Assembly (NCBI GenBank): GCA_951406725.2
Contig: OX597827.1
Span: 23,870,001-23,934,000 of the forward strand
Origin: Octopus vulgaris
Taxonomy: Eukaryota
Direction of reading: 5' to 3'
DNA: 64,000 bases
A program made the position numbers and the translations under genes. Below, one piece after another: positions 39,383 to 53,283 of the stretch. The notes under the pieces are model-generated. The model was given only the letters and a program-made list of their open reading frames with translations. It was not told where the DNA came from and made no database searches. Position 1 is the stretch's first letter. Every line of letters begins with the position of its first letter.

Positions 39383-40231
39383 TATATCATATATTTTACA
39401 TATAAAATGCAAAAATATCCTGTAAACCACAATGGTCATTAAAATAGAAATGAAATTTTGAAAATTATTCTTTCTGTGCAGCCTGGTGGTTGGTAAGTCC
39501 GATGATAAGAGATTAAGCAGCAGTCTGTAAGAAGACGTGTCTTTTGATGACCCAATAAATAAGCAGTCACATCCCTTTATCTTCAAATCCTACTGACCTC
39601 ATCATGCTTGTCCTTCAGGATGAAGTAAGTACCAGTAAATCACTGAGTTTGATTCAACTGACTACATCTTTCCTTGATGTATGTTGCCATGAGGTGGAAG
39701 ATGACACCTGTATTTCAAGTACCAGTCATATACTGGGGGTCGATGATATCAGCAACCCCACACACACCTTCCTAAAATTAATGGCCCTGTACCATAATTT
39801 GAAACTGTTATTCCTGTTGTTGTTGTTGTTAGCATGTTAGACCGAGTTCTTTGTGGCATTTCTTCTGATGTTATGTTTTGAGTTCAGTTTCTGTTGAGGT
39901 CATCTTTACCTTTCATCCTTTCAGGGTTGATAAAATAAATACCAGTTAAATACTGGGGATCAATGTAATCAACTAGCTCCCTCTCCTAACATTTCAGGCC
40001 TTGTGCTTTTAGTAGAAAGGATTATTGTTATTATTGTCTGGCCAACAAGGAGAGGGATTCTGTGATGGTAAAAGAAGACACTTCCTCAGGTATCAATCAC
40101 TAACATCTATACAGCTTGATTCAACATCTTGGGGATTGATTTGAGAGGCGCAAAATATGTCATGATTGTATCCAAACATTTTGAGTTGAAGAAGTTACAG
40201 AATATAAAAGCTTTACTAGCTTTTATATTCT

Positions 40232-41122
40232 GTAACTTCCATTATCTAAGTGACCAAGATAAGGTGGATGCTCTGAGAGCATAGCTGTGAAAATAAGATT
40301 AGGCTGGGCAAAGTTCAGAGAGCTCCTACCCCAGCTGGCAACAAAGGGCCTCTCTCTTAGAGTGAAAGGCAGATTGTATGATGCTTGTGTGCAAACAGCC
40401 ATGCTACATGGCAGTGAAACATGGGCTATGACAGCCAAGGACATGTGTAGGCTTGAAAGAAATGAAAACAGTATGCTTTGTGGGATGTATAATGTCAGTG
40501 TGCATGTTCAACAGTGTAAGCATCTTGAGAGGAAAGCTGGGCATAAGAGGCATCAGATGTGGTGTGCAAGAGAGACGACTGCACTGTTATGGTCATGTGA
40601 TGCATATTGATGAGGACAGCTGTGTAAAAAAAATGCCGATCTCTAACTGTGAAGGGAACATGTGGTAGAGGTAGACCCAGGAAGAAGGTGGTGAAGCATG
40701 ATCTTTGAACTTTCAACCTCACAGAGGCAATGACAAGTGACCGAGACCTTTGGTCATGTGCTGCTGTGTTTGAAAGGACCCATCAAGCCAAGTGCACCTA
40801 TGCTACTGGCACATAAAGAACACCTTTTGAGCGTTGGGCCTCACAGAGGCAATGACCGAGACCTTTAGCATTATGTCATGCTTGAGAAGAAGACCCATCA
40901 AGCCAAGCAAAATTGCAGTCATGGCAGATACCGGTGTCACACAAATTGGCACCTCTACTGGTGGCATGTAAAAGCACCCCCAATGTCATGCAATTGTAGT
41001 TGGCATTAGGAAGGACATCCAGCTTTAGAAAACCATGCCAAATCAGACTGGAGTCTGGTGCAGCCTTCCAGTCTGGTGCTAGTCCAGTCAAACAATCCAA
41101 CCCATGTCAACATGGACAACAT
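40232..41122 (+). mobile_element. RTE LINE 3' fragment
   Basis: KIRLGWAKFRELLP...KGRLYDACVQTAMLHGSETW, plus family 3' tail. Confidence 0.9.
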
Positions 41123-41399
41123 GACTGAGTACCTACGTCAGAAAATATAATCACTAACAAAATACAGTGGCTGATGTATGAATCCATTCCCCCATCACAT
41201 CACAATACTAGGATTATACTTATGATAGAACACATCATTAAGGATCTGCCCTTTGTAGACTTATTGATGTTGTCATAGATGGCATGGATTAACTGATTGG
41301 GAGAGTGACAGACAAAATTCCATGTGGTATTTAGCTATGTTTGATTGACGTTGTGAATACAAGAGCTGAATCATCGTCACCATATCTCTCTCATTAGCA

Positions 41400-41812
41400 C
41401 TCTCTTTATTTTATCTTACTCTCTAACTCGGTCGTCTTTTTCTCCAACTGGAGTATCCATGTATCTACAGCAAGACACCTATGTCCGTCCCTCTACACCT
41501 TTAATCTCTCAACTGGCACAAAGCAACCCCACCAATACTACGCCCCAATTCTATTAGAGGGGGTGTTTTTACTTTTTTCTTTTTGACATACATGGTACTT
41601 GATGCCACATGTGGTGCTGATATCACATACAAAGCACTGGAGCTGGTGCCACATAAATAGCACCTAGTCCATTCTATAAAGTGGTTGTCATTAGGAAGCT
41701 GTATAAACCCTGCCAAAACAGACGATGGAGTCTGGTATGCTTCCTGGTCTTGTCAGCTCCTGTTAAACCATCCATGGAAAACGGACGTTGATGATGATGA
41801 TGATGATGATGG
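41400..41812 (+). mobile_element. RTE-family 3' UTR/tail fragment
   Basis: AAAGTGGTTGTCATTAGGAAG...CCATGGAAAACGGACGTT(GAT)n tail. Confidence 0.7.
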
Positions 41813-42351
41813 AAATCAAGCAGCAGCAAAGAGCCTGGATGAGGGACTGACGTAACCAACTTTTATCCCTAGAAATCTTTATTTTGAATAGATCATTTCT
41901 GAAATAATGACCCTCAATAGTTGCCAGTTGGATAATGTTCTTCCAGACTGTGTTGTAAGGGTGGGGAATTAATAGAAATTAGGTCTAATCTATGAATATT
42001 TGGCTAAAGACCACCCTTTGAAATAACTGAGCAAAGATCAATTATTGATCAACAAATATTGGAATTGGATATTTCCTTGGTGATATTGATCTTCAGTAAA
42101 TTTCTGCATTTAACTAAATTTAGAAATAATTTATCAATGAATTTCCTGCTGAGACATTCCACATGAAACCGATATTAGAGATTGTGTGGAACAAATTTGA
42201 GGAGAACAGCAGAAGAGGTTCTTGTTCACACGGATGTTCAGTAAGGTGTCAAGCAATGTTTCCAATTATAATCTGAGAGTCACTAATTGATCAGGTCTAT
42301 ATATTGCAACAGAAATACAAGACATTGAAACACGTAAGTTTCACAATCATC

Positions 42352-43600
42352 ATGATCATTTAACGTCTGCTTTCCATGGCATGGGTTGGATGGTTTGACT
42401 GAAAACAGGTAAGCCAGGGAGCTGCACCAAGTTCTGATCTGATTTGGCAAGGTTTCTACAGCTGGATGCCAACCACTCCAAGAGTGTAGTGGGTGTTTTT
42501 TTACATGCTGCCAGCACGGGTACCATTGGCCTGACACTGGCATCAGCCATGACCATGGTCTCACTTGGCTTGACAAGTCTACACAAGCACAGTATATCAC
42601 CAAAGGTCTTGGTCCCCTGTCACTGCCTCCATGAGGGCCAACACTTGAATGGAGCTTTATATGTGCCACTGACACAGGTGCCAGTCAGATGGCACTGGCA
42701 TTGGCCATCACTATGATTTCACTCAGCTCGACAGGTCATCACAAGCACAGCATATCAACCAACATTTGATGGGTTCTTTTAACAGGTGAGATACGCCTTG
42801 GCCATGACTATGATCTTAAGCACAACATATTACCAAAGATCTCGATCGCTTGTCATTGCCTCTGTGAGATCATGCTTCACCACTTCAACCCATGTCTTCC
42901 TGTGTCTACCTCCACAGGTTCCCTCCATCATTAGAGTGTGACACTTCTTCACACAGCTGTCCTCATCCATACGCATCACATGACCATACCAGTGCAGCCA
43001 TCACTCTTACACACCACATCTGGTGTCTCTTATGTCCAACTTTTCTCTCAGAACGTTTACACTCTGTTATGTATGCACACTGACATTACACATCCAGCGG
43101 ATCATACTAGCTTCATTTCTTTCAAGCCTACACATGTCCTCAGCAGCCACAGCCTATGTTCCACTGCTATGTAGCATGGCTGTTTGCACATAGACATCAT
43201 ACAATCTGCCTTTCACTGTGATCAAGAGGCCCTTTGTTACCAGCAGAGGTAACTCTCTGAACTTCACATAGCCTATTCTTATTCAAGCAGCTACGCTCTT
43301 GGTGCATCCACCCCGCTACTGACTTGGTCACCAACGTAATGGAAGCTATCGACTATTTCTAGTTTTCCTCACTGGCATCTGATGGAATCTATTTTCTACA
43401 CATTTTTAGTGTTATTTGTACTGAGCATCTTCCACACACAAAAGCTATTTTCCCTGTTAACCTTTCTCTGATATTGCTGCACCTCTCATGTGTCCATAGC
43501 TTATACTGTGTACATCTCATGGAGTTTCTACCTAATCCTTTTCAACAGATCAAGCAGGGTCATCTACCTGAAGGGATTTGTTATTTGTCTGTTTTCCTAT
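42352..43600 (-). mobile_element. RTE LINE 3' fragment (same family)
   Basis: Reverse complement matches the 3' ORF end and tail seen at 40232-41122 and 46050-46760. Confidence 0.85.
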
Positions 43601-43699
43601 TTACAATTACAGAAGTACAAACAAAATTACATGACCAAGTGATTACAGGAATGAAGAGACATGTTCCACAAGAGGGCAGCTATAAAACATTGAGAGGAA

Positions 43700-44310
43700 A
43701 AAACCTACAAAATGAAGTAATTTTGAATACAGGGGTAGAAAGACAGCACCAGAAATTAATAATGGGAATACAAGAGTACTAAGACTGCTCCCTGAAGTTA
43801 GTAATTTGGAAAACATGAGCAGGGTATGTCTGTTCTAAAGGTTTATTAATTTGGAATACATGAATAGAAAGACTGCCCCACAAGATTAGTCATTTAGAAT
43901 GGACGAGTAATACAACTGTCCAACATGGCTGTTAATTTGGAAAGCAGGAGTAGTAAGACTACTCCAAAAGTCAGAAATTTGGAACACAGCAGAGGTAAGG
44001 TTGCTCCACAAGGTTCCAAATGAGGTAAAAAAATGCAGTAAGACAGTTCCACAACTTTGATAATTTAGGGTAAAGGTTGGGGTAAGAATGTTCAACAAGA
44101 TGAATGCAGGAGTAGCAAGAATGTTCAAGAGTAGTAATTTGGAATAATACATAAAGAGTAAAACTGATCAACAAATGATTAGTAATTGGAATACAAGAAG
44201 ATTAAAACTGGTGAACAATATTAGCAATTTCAAATAGAAGAATAAAACTGATTAAGAAGATTAGTAATTTGGAATACAAGAAGAGTAAAACTGATCCACA
44301 AGGTTAGTAG
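43700..44310. repeat. Detached, highly degenerate part of the same 43-bp satellite
   Basis: GTAATTTGGAATACA-like motifs at ~43-bp spacing; separated from the rest by an RTE LINE. Confidence 0.75.
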
Positions 44311-45315
44311 TCTGTTTATGACTTTGGTCCTAAGAAGGAGGTAGGAACAAGGCTGCTGGAATTCTGTGATGCACCATTAACTTCAGAAAACCAGCCAATC
44401 ACCTAATCACTTAGCAGTCTGATGGGCACAAAAGCTAGATCGATTACCTCCTCACCAAGCAAGGAGATAGACAGATGCAAAGTCTTTTCCAGGGGAAGAT
44501 CATACACCCCAACATAGGCTGCTAGTCAGAGACTTCAGTATGAGGTCTTGAAAGACTTGGAGAAGTAAATCACACTGGAAATGAAGATTATGGAAGTTCA
44601 AAGACCCAGTAAACCATCAGAAATTTAGAGAAATTCTAATAGTAACTTCTGACGAAAGAGGAAGAGATAGGGACATATGGCTTAGAGAACAATCAGATGT
44701 TCCTGTGGGACCATCCACTGAGAACTGCTGAGCAAATCTGTGGCTGGTGAAAAGTCCCAGTGAGGCCAAGGGTATGATGGTGAGTCAAGTAGGTGGACAA
44801 TGCCATAAAAGCAAAGAGACAGACCTGGAAAAATGGTGGGAGTAGAGAATGATATCGGGTAGCCAGAAGGGAAGCTAGACGACAGGTTTACATTGCAAAA
44901 GGTAAGAGATTTGCCAATGTTTTACAGGATCAGGATCGGAGGCATAAGGTGGTCAGGATTGCAAAGTAGTGTTTCAGTGAGAATTGAGATGTGGGTGAGA
45001 AATGTGTGTGAATGGATAATGGTATGCTTGCACTTTGTATCTCAGAGAAGAAAGATGCATGGAAGTGCCACTATGAAAGGTTAGTAAATGTGGAAAAGGG
45101 GAGACTTTCAAATATTGAACCAATTGAGTGACCAACCATCAGAGTTGATAGCAGTATAATAGATAAGGCAATTAAGGATATGAAGACAAGGAAAGCCCCA
45201 GGACCATCGGGTATCACTGGTGAAATGACAAAAATCTCCGGCAGTATGGGATACAGCCTAGTCACCCAGATAGTTAGTCAGGTTATTCGGGAAGGGGTCA
45301 TCCTTAATGTGCATG

Positions 45316-45359
<44 letters not shown>

Positions 45360-47558
45360 TATGTGCAGTAGTATTATAGTTGGCTGCTACAAAGGTAAAG
45401 GTGATGCCTTAGATAGAAACCACTCCAGGGGTATCAAACTACTGGACCAGGTCATGAAAGTTACCAAGAGAGTTATAGCTCTCAACTGATTAGAAATAGA
45501 ATTAAACTAGATGAGATGCAGTTTGGTTTTGTACCTGGGAAGAGTACCACTGATGCCATCTTTCTAGTGAGGCAGTTTCAGGAAGAGTTTTTGGCCATTG
45601 TACTTAGCTTTGCATTTAGCTTTCATTGAGCTGGAGAAAGCTTTCAACAGAGTCTCATGTTCTGTTATCTGGTGGTCTCTAAGGAAGCTAGGTGTAGAGG
45701 AGTAGCTTGTTAGAGCTGTACAAGCCATTTACACAGGTGTTATCAGTAAGGTGAGAGGAGTCGGTCATGGATACAGTGATGAATTGAGCTTACAGGTAGG
45801 GGTTCACCAGGGCTCAGTTCTCAGTTCACTCCTATTCATTATAGTCCTCCAGGCCATAACAGAGGAATTCAAAACTGGATGCCCATGGGAACTATTATAC
45901 ACTGATGACCTCACTCTTATTGCAGAATCTGTAATGGAATTGGAGAAGAAATTCTAGGTGTGGAAGCAAAATCCAGAATCAAAGGGCTTTAAAATTAACC
46001 AAGCTAAAACCAAAGTCGTTGTTAGCAAGAGAGCAGATAAGACTCCATTTCTGTCAAACAAATGGCACTTGCTCAATTCATAGGAAAGGAAGTAATTCCA
46101 TTTGCTGCACCAAATGTAAGCTATGGACACACAAGAGATGCAGTGGAATCACAGGTAGATTAACAGATAAAGTTGTCTTTGTATGTGGCAGATGTGAAGG
46201 AACAATAATCACTAAGAGCACATGGAGGAGATTATACTCTGTCAAATGCCCAGGAGGCTCTCTTCATGGAGTAGATAGTTTCTGTTGCCTAGGTGACCAG
46301 ATTAGCAATTATGATGGATGCTCTGAAAGTATTGTTTCTAGAATACAAACAGGCTGGAGAAAGTTGAGAGAGCTCCTACCTGTGTTGGTGACAAAAGGAC
46401 AAAAGGTAGATTGTATGATGCTTGAGTACAAATGTACTCCATGTCCTCTGAATGCAGCGGACATGCATAGACTGGAGAGGAATGAAAGCAGTTTGCTCCA
46501 CTGGATGTGCAGCATCAATGTGCATGAACGACAAAGCACAAATGTATTGAGAGAAAAGTTGAGCACAAGAGGATCAAATGCAGGAGAGAAGACTACGTTG
46601 ATTTGGACATGTGGATGAAGACAGCTGTATAAAGAAGTGGTGGTCATTGGAAGTAGATGGCACTTGTGGAAGAGGGAGATCGAGGACGATGTGGGATGAA
46701 GTGGTGAGGACCAATCTCAGGATGTTGAGGCTCACGGAGGAAATGACAATGGACTGAGGTGTCTGGCAATATGAGGTTCTGGAGAATACCCACCCACATC
46801 AGTGAAACTGGGTTCTGGAAGCATTGTGTTCCACCCACACAAAACAATAAAATTTTCACACCCAAACAAACTCGACCCCCCCTTCTCTGCCAAGTTGTTT
46901 CTCTTCTTCATACACTTTGGTTATTTTCCACCCTTGAATCCAGTCTTCCCTACCCTGCTGCTCATTGGGTTTGTTGCATCCCCTCCCCCTCTGTACCCAG
47001 ATTCTCACCAGTCACAGCATTCTTCACCCCCACTCCCTACTCATTGGCAATATCCTACCAGTACCTACCACCATTCATTCCATTCTTCCTTATTCTACCA
47101 TCCCATCTATGCTCTGACCCCTGTTCCTTGTGAGTATACCTCAGCACTTACTGCCATCCTGCTCCTGCTGTCTCCTACTCTCTCTCTCTCTCTATTTCCC
47201 TTGCTCTTCTCTAAAACAACAAATCTGTTCCTGTCCTAATTCTTGATCACTCTCTCTCTCCCTCCCTCATCCTTTTGCCTCTGGCTAAGTAACCATGTCC
47301 CTCCTCTTCAGCAACACTCCTCTTTCTTGTTCACTCCTCCTGTCTCTGGAGGTAACCATGTCCCTCCTATTCAGCAGCACAACTGATCTGCCCTCATTCT
47401 TGTTGACACTTGCTCTCTTCCCCTTCCTCTCCCTCTCTTCCCCTCTCTCTCTTCCCCTCCCTCTCTTCCTCTCCCTCTCTTCCCCTCCCACTCTTCCTCT
47501 CCCTCTCTACCTCTTTCTCACTGGGTAACCATGTAACTCTTCTGTAGCAAGAGATCTG

Positions 47559-47591
<33 letters not shown>

Positions 47592-47980
47592 AACCTTTCA
47601 TCATCTAAAACAAGATCACCTCCTCCAATACCCCTCTCTCCTCTCTCAAAGATTCTCTGTCTTGCAAAGTCACTTGGTGACCCCCCCCCCCACCTACCAG
47701 TGCAGGTGCCACTTAAAAAGCACCTAGTACACACTGTAAAGTGGCTGGCATTTAGAAGGGCATCCAGCTGTAAAAAAGTATGCTGAAACTGACCTTGCTG
47801 GTGCAAGTGCGATGCAAAAGGCATGCAGCTCTTTCCATGGAGTGGTTAGAGTTAGAAAGAGCATTCAACTGTAAAAAAAGGGCCAAAACAGACATAGAAG
47901 CATGTGGCAGGCTCCGGCCTGGCCAGCCACACCATCCAATGCATGCCAGCATGGAAGTAGGACATTAAACAACGAGGATG
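44311..47980 (+). mobile_element. RTE-clade LINE, 5'-truncated, with stops/frameshifts and long 3' UTR
   Basis: End of endonuclease, RT motifs KAPGPSGITGEM, RGIKLLDQVMKV, QFGFVPGKSTTDAIF, GVHQGSVLS.LLFIIV, ELLYTDDL; Cys-rich insert CTKCKLWTHKRCSG. Confidence 0.92.
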
Positions 47981-48954
47981 ATTAAGAAGAGTAAAATTCA
48001 TAAAATTATTATTATTATGGAATACAAGAATAGTAAAACCATTCCACAAGATTCCAGACTACAAGAGGAGAAGAAAAGAGGGAAAATATTGGTAATTTGG
48101 GAGAGAACAGAAATAAAACTCATCAACAAGGTTAGTAATGTGGAATGCGAGAACATTGGAATGGATGAACGAAACAAAACTGGTAATCTGGAATACAACG
48201 CTAAAAAGAGATGGACAATGTAAGTAATTTGGAATACAAGAAGAGTTGAACTGCTCCACACAATTATTAACCCGGAATACAATAAAAGTAATTTAGAAAA
48301 GAAGAAGATTAAGAAAGATGAAGAGTAAAACTGCTCCATAAGATTAATAATCTAGAATACGAGAAAATTCGAATGGGTGAATAGTAATTGGAATGAAAGA
48401 AGAAGAGGGAAACTTCTTGAAAAGAAGGGTTCTTTGGAATACAAATATATTCAAATGAGAAATATAAGTACTTTGGAATACATGAAGATTAAAGTGGATG
48501 AAGAATATAAGATGGAATACAGGAAGTGTAACACTGTTCCAAAAGATTAGTAATCATCAATACAAAAAGATTAAAATTGAAGAACAATATAAGCAATTTA
48601 GAATTTAAAAAAAGGGTAAAACTGCTAAACAAGTATAGGAATCTGGAATACAAGCAGATTAACCCTTTCGATACCAACCCAGCTGAAACCACCTCTGGCT
48701 CCACCAGATTAGAAATCTGGAATACATGAACACTAACACAGATGCAAAGTATTAGTACAGAGGAACACTAAAACTGATCCACTGGATTCGGGATCTGGAA
48801 AAGAAATGAGTGAACTTCATGGAGGTTAGTAATATGGAAGAAAAGGAAAAGGAGAACGAATAGACAAGGTTAGTTATATGGAATACAGGAATAGAACAAG
48901 CGATGAACAAGTTTAGTAATCTGGAATACAAAAAGTGTAAAAATGATGAACAAG
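47981..48954. repeat. Degenerate flank of the 43-bp satellite (also ~50706-50910)
   Basis: Recurring TAGTAAT.TGGAATACAAGAAGAGTAAAACTG at ~43-bp period. Confidence 0.8.
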
Positions 48955-50705
48955 GTTAGTAATTAGGAATAAAAGAAGAGTGTAACTCGGGAAGAGGGTT
49001 AGTAATTAGGAATACAAGAAGAGTGTAACTCGGGAACGTGGTTAGTAATTAGGAATACAAGAAGAATGTAACTCCAGAACGAGGTTAGTAATTAGGAATA
49101 CAAGAAGAGTGTAACTTAGGAGCAAGGTTAGTAATTAGGAATAAAAGAAGAGTGTAACTCGGAAACAAGGTTAGTAATTAGGAATAAAAGAAGAGTGTAA
49201 CTCGGGAACAACGTTGGTAATTAGGAACACTAGAAGAGTATAACTCGGGGACAAGGGTAGTAATTAGGAATAAAAGAAGAGTGTAACTCGGGAGCGTGGT
49301 TAGTAATTAGGAATACAAGAAGAGTGTAACTTGGGAACAAGGTTAGTAATCAGGAATAAAAGAAGAGTGTAACTCAGGAAACAAGGTTAGTAATTAGGAA
49401 TACAAAGAAGAGTGTAACTCGGGAACAACGTTAGTAATCAGGAATACAAGAAGAGTATAACTCGGGAACAAGGTTAGTAATTAGGAATACAAGAAGAGTG
49501 TAACTCAGGAACAAGGTTAGTAATCAGGAATACAAGAAGAGTGTAACTGAGGAAGCAAGGTTAGTAATTAGGAATACAAGAAGAGTGTAACTTGGGAGCA
49601 AGGTTAGTAATTAGGAATAAAAGAAGAGTGTAACTCGGGAACAACGTTGGTAATTAGGAACACTAGAAGAGTATAACTTGGGGACAAGGGTAGTAATTAG
49701 GAATACAAGAAGAGTGTAACTCGGGAGCGTGGTTAGTAATTAGGAATACAAGAAGAGTGTAACTTGGGAGCAAGGTTAGTAATTAGGAATAAAAGAAGAG
49801 TGTAACTCGGAAACAAGGTTAGTAATTAGGAATAAAAGAAGAGTGTAACTCGGGAACAACGTTGGTAATTAGGAACACTAGAAGAGTATAACTCGGGGAC
49901 AAGGGTAGTAATTAGGAATACAAGAAGAGTGTAACTCGGGAGCGTGGTTAGTAATTAGGAATACAAGAAGAGTGTAACTTGGGAGCAAGGTTAGTAATTA
50001 GGAATACAAGAAGAGTGTAACTTGGGAGCAAGGTTAGTAATTAGGAATACAAGAAGAGTGTAACTTGGGAGCAAGGTTAGTAATTAGGAATACAAGAAGA
50101 GTGTAACTCAGGGAACAAGGTTAGTAATCAGGAATACAAGAAGAGTGTAACTCAGGAACAAGGTTAGTAATCAGGAATACAAGAAGAGTGTAACTCAGGA
50201 ACAAGGTTAGTAATCAGGAATACAAGAAGAGTGTAACTCAGGAACAAGGTTAGTAATCAGGAATACAAGAAGAGTGTAACTCAGGAACAAGGTTAGTAAT
50301 CAGGAATACAAGAAGAGTGTAACTCAGGAACAAGGTTAGTAATCAGGAATACAAGAAGAGTGTAACTTGGGAACAAGGTTAGTAATCAGGAATACAAGAA
50401 GAGTGCAACTCAGGAACAAGGTTAGTAATCAGGAATACAAGAAGAGTGTAACTTGGGAGCAAGGTTAGTAATTAGGAATACAAGAAGAGTGTAATTCAGG
50501 AACAAGCTCAGTAATCAGAAATACAAGAAGAGTGTATCTCGGGAACAAGGTTAGTAATCAGGAATACAAGAAGAGTGTAACTCAGGAACAAGGTTAGTAA
50601 TCAGGAATACAAGAAGAGTGCAACTCAGGAACAAGGTTAGTAATCAGGAATACAAAAAGAGTGCAACTCAGGAACAAGGTTAGTAATCAGGAATACAAGA
50701 AGAGT
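48955..50705. repeat. 43-bp minisatellite, homogenised core (~40 units)
   Basis: Unit GGTTAGTAATTAGGAATACAAGAAGAGTGTAACTCGGGAACAA in direct tandem. Confidence 0.95.
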
Positions 50706-52257
50706 AAGGAATAAAAAAAATAGTAACGATGATGAAGGCGATTAGTAATCTGGAATGCAATCAGTGAATAACTGATTAACGAGGTTAGTATTCTGGATTA
50801 AAAGAAGAGCAAAACTGATGAAAATGTTTAGTTATCTGTAGTGCAAGAATCGTAAATGTTTTGAACGAGGTTTATAATCTGGAATAGAAGAAGAGTAAAA
50901 CTGACAAACATTTCTTGGCATATTCTTGGGAATAAAGAAACCAATGCAGTTTATATTCCCAACATCTGTTTCGCACACAATGATTATTCTTGTTTTCCTT
51001 TCATGCAACTTTTCTTGCTTTGTTGTTACTTTCATGTACTTTGACCCTGTTTTCAGGATCGGAGCCAAATACATTTGTCTTGCATTCTTCACTGCAACTG
51101 CTTCAATATCGCATCATTGATATGCATAAAAAGACTAAAAGACCAGTGTGGTCGAATTTGGTTCTCAGTGTGGTTGGATAATCTTAAAATGTACCATGTT
51201 TTAGTCCTCCATGTGAGATGTCGTGCTAAAGGTTCTTTTTAGATCAAACATTCTCAGTTCTACAACTTTGTGATCAAAGTTACAATAACTCTTCCCTGAC
51301 CGTTATTCCTGAAGCTGATGTCTAAAACTCATAATGCCACAGATAAAGTCCAAGAACAACTATTTCATAGATGTGGGTGTGACTGAGTGGCAAGAAGTCT
51401 GCTTCCCAATCACATGGTTCTGGGTTCAGTCCCACTGTGTGCAGCCGGAGAAAGTGTCTCCTACTATAGTCTCAGGCCAACCAATAGCCTTGTGTGGTAG
51501 ATGGAGACTGAAAGAAGCCCATCTCGTCGTCATCATCATTTCACATCCTTGTTCCACACTGGCAGGATATGGATATATTTCCCTTAGGCATTGTGGGATT
51601 GATAACCTGGTGTAGAATCCAATAAATGGATGCTTCTGAACAAAGTGTTGGACGAGAATGGAATGAGAAAAGGTAGACGACAAAGGAATGGAAAGTTTTA
51701 ACCATTTTCTTTTTCCTTTGTCATCTCATCTTCTTTGTGTGTGTGTGTGAGTGCATGTGTGTGAGTTTGTGTGTGTGTGTGTGAGTTGTGTGTGAGTGGT
51801 GTGTGCGCATGCGTGTGTGTGTGTGTGTGTGAATATTGTCACCACCACTTGGCAGTTGGCTGGTGTTGCTGTGTTCACATGCCTGCAACCTAGCAGTTCA
51901 ACAAAAGAAAGCAATAGAATAAATACCAGATTTGAAAAGAAATTAAACATTAGGATCAATTCATTCAACTAAAAGTCCTGCAAGGAATGCCCCAGCATGG
52001 CCACAATCTAATGACTGAAACAAGTAAACAATTAAAGATGAGTTTCTGGTAACAAATCAAAACATCCAAAAGGGACATTATGAAAAGATTCCCATGTAAC
52101 AGAATTTGGGATCTCCTTGGGCAATATTTCAGACTTTGTCACAATCTCGCTGTTTTACCTTTCATTTGAATTCAGTGATGAAAATCACTCACCTCACAGC
52201 CTACAAAACCATATCCTACCTCGTCATCATACAGGTTCTTTTTTTTTTCCTCCATAA

Positions 52258-52702
52258 AGAAGAGGATGGAACATGTGGAAGAGGGAGACCCAAGAAGACA
52301 TGGGACAAAGTACTGAAGGATGACCTCTGGACGCTCAAACTTTCAGATGAGATGACAAAGGCCCAAAATACCTGGCACTTTGCTGTACTCAAGCAGACCT
52401 GTACTTCATAGCCGAAGTGTTAAGGCCACTCCCCGCCCCCTGGTGAAGAGAATTGGTCTGCAAGAGTCATGTGCCAGTGCCACGTAAATAACTCATGCTG
52501 GTACCACATAAAAGGCACTTGTGCCAGTGCTATGTAAAAGCATCCACTACACTCTTGGAGTGGTTGGTGTTAGGAAGGGCATCCAGCTATAGAAACCTTG
52601 CCAAATCAGATTGGAGCCAAGTGTAGCTCTCAAGCTCGTCAGCTCTGGTCAAACCATCTGACCCATACCAGAATGGAAAATGGATGATGATGATGATGAT
52701 GA
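52258..52702 (+). mobile_element. RTE LINE 3' end
   Basis: DGTCGRGRPKKTWDKVLKDDL followed by family tail ending in (GAT)n. Confidence 0.85.
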
Positions 52703-53283
52703 TAACTAGAATACACATCTTCAGTGCCTTCCATGAAACTGAAAACTTGAATATTGTTTTACTTGAGGTTCTGGTTGTTATAGAAAGTTCTTTTAGCTCA
52801 GTATCCTCTTTAAGATCAGCCTCTTCATTCATCTGAAGAACTTCATCCAAATACTTTTGCGTGAATAATCATTTTCACAAAATACAATTATACCAAGCCC
52901 CATTGGTATAATTCATAAAGGTAACATTTGGTGGCCCGGACACCTTATTTGACCATCATTACAAACAAGTAGGAGACCATCTGTGCCCCAAATTAGCAGT
53001 GTCTTCATCTCAGCAGCAGAAAATCTGAGGACGTCTTGTTACAAACACACATCAGGGACTAAATGTGAAAAAAGCCATGAATGTAGAAATGCCATAATTT
53101 TGGGAATGGTAACAATGCCATGGTAGCTGATGCAATATGTCTTTCAAATCTGCAGATGTGGGTTTTGTTTTGGAGTTTAATTTAAATACAAAGGTCTTGG
53201 ATGGGTAACTTGGGATCAGGAATGGTTTGTGGTTGACTTAGTAACATGAGACTAGCGGTGGTCATGGTTGGTAAGACAAGACA

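Noticed and set aside
39482-39492. Plus-strand 11-nt microexon (tgcag|CCTGGTGGTTG|gtaagt) and similar isolated splice-like sites near 51057, 52190 and 54748
   Set aside because: No partner exons or reading frame could be linked; expected by chance.
45318-45357. (TA)n tract inside the RTE RT region as a special insertion
   Set aside because: Ordinary microsatellite expansion in a dead LINE.
48955-50705. CRISPR-like array
   Set aside because: Units are contiguous 43-bp repeats with no unique spacers, there are no cas genes, and the context is eukaryotic.
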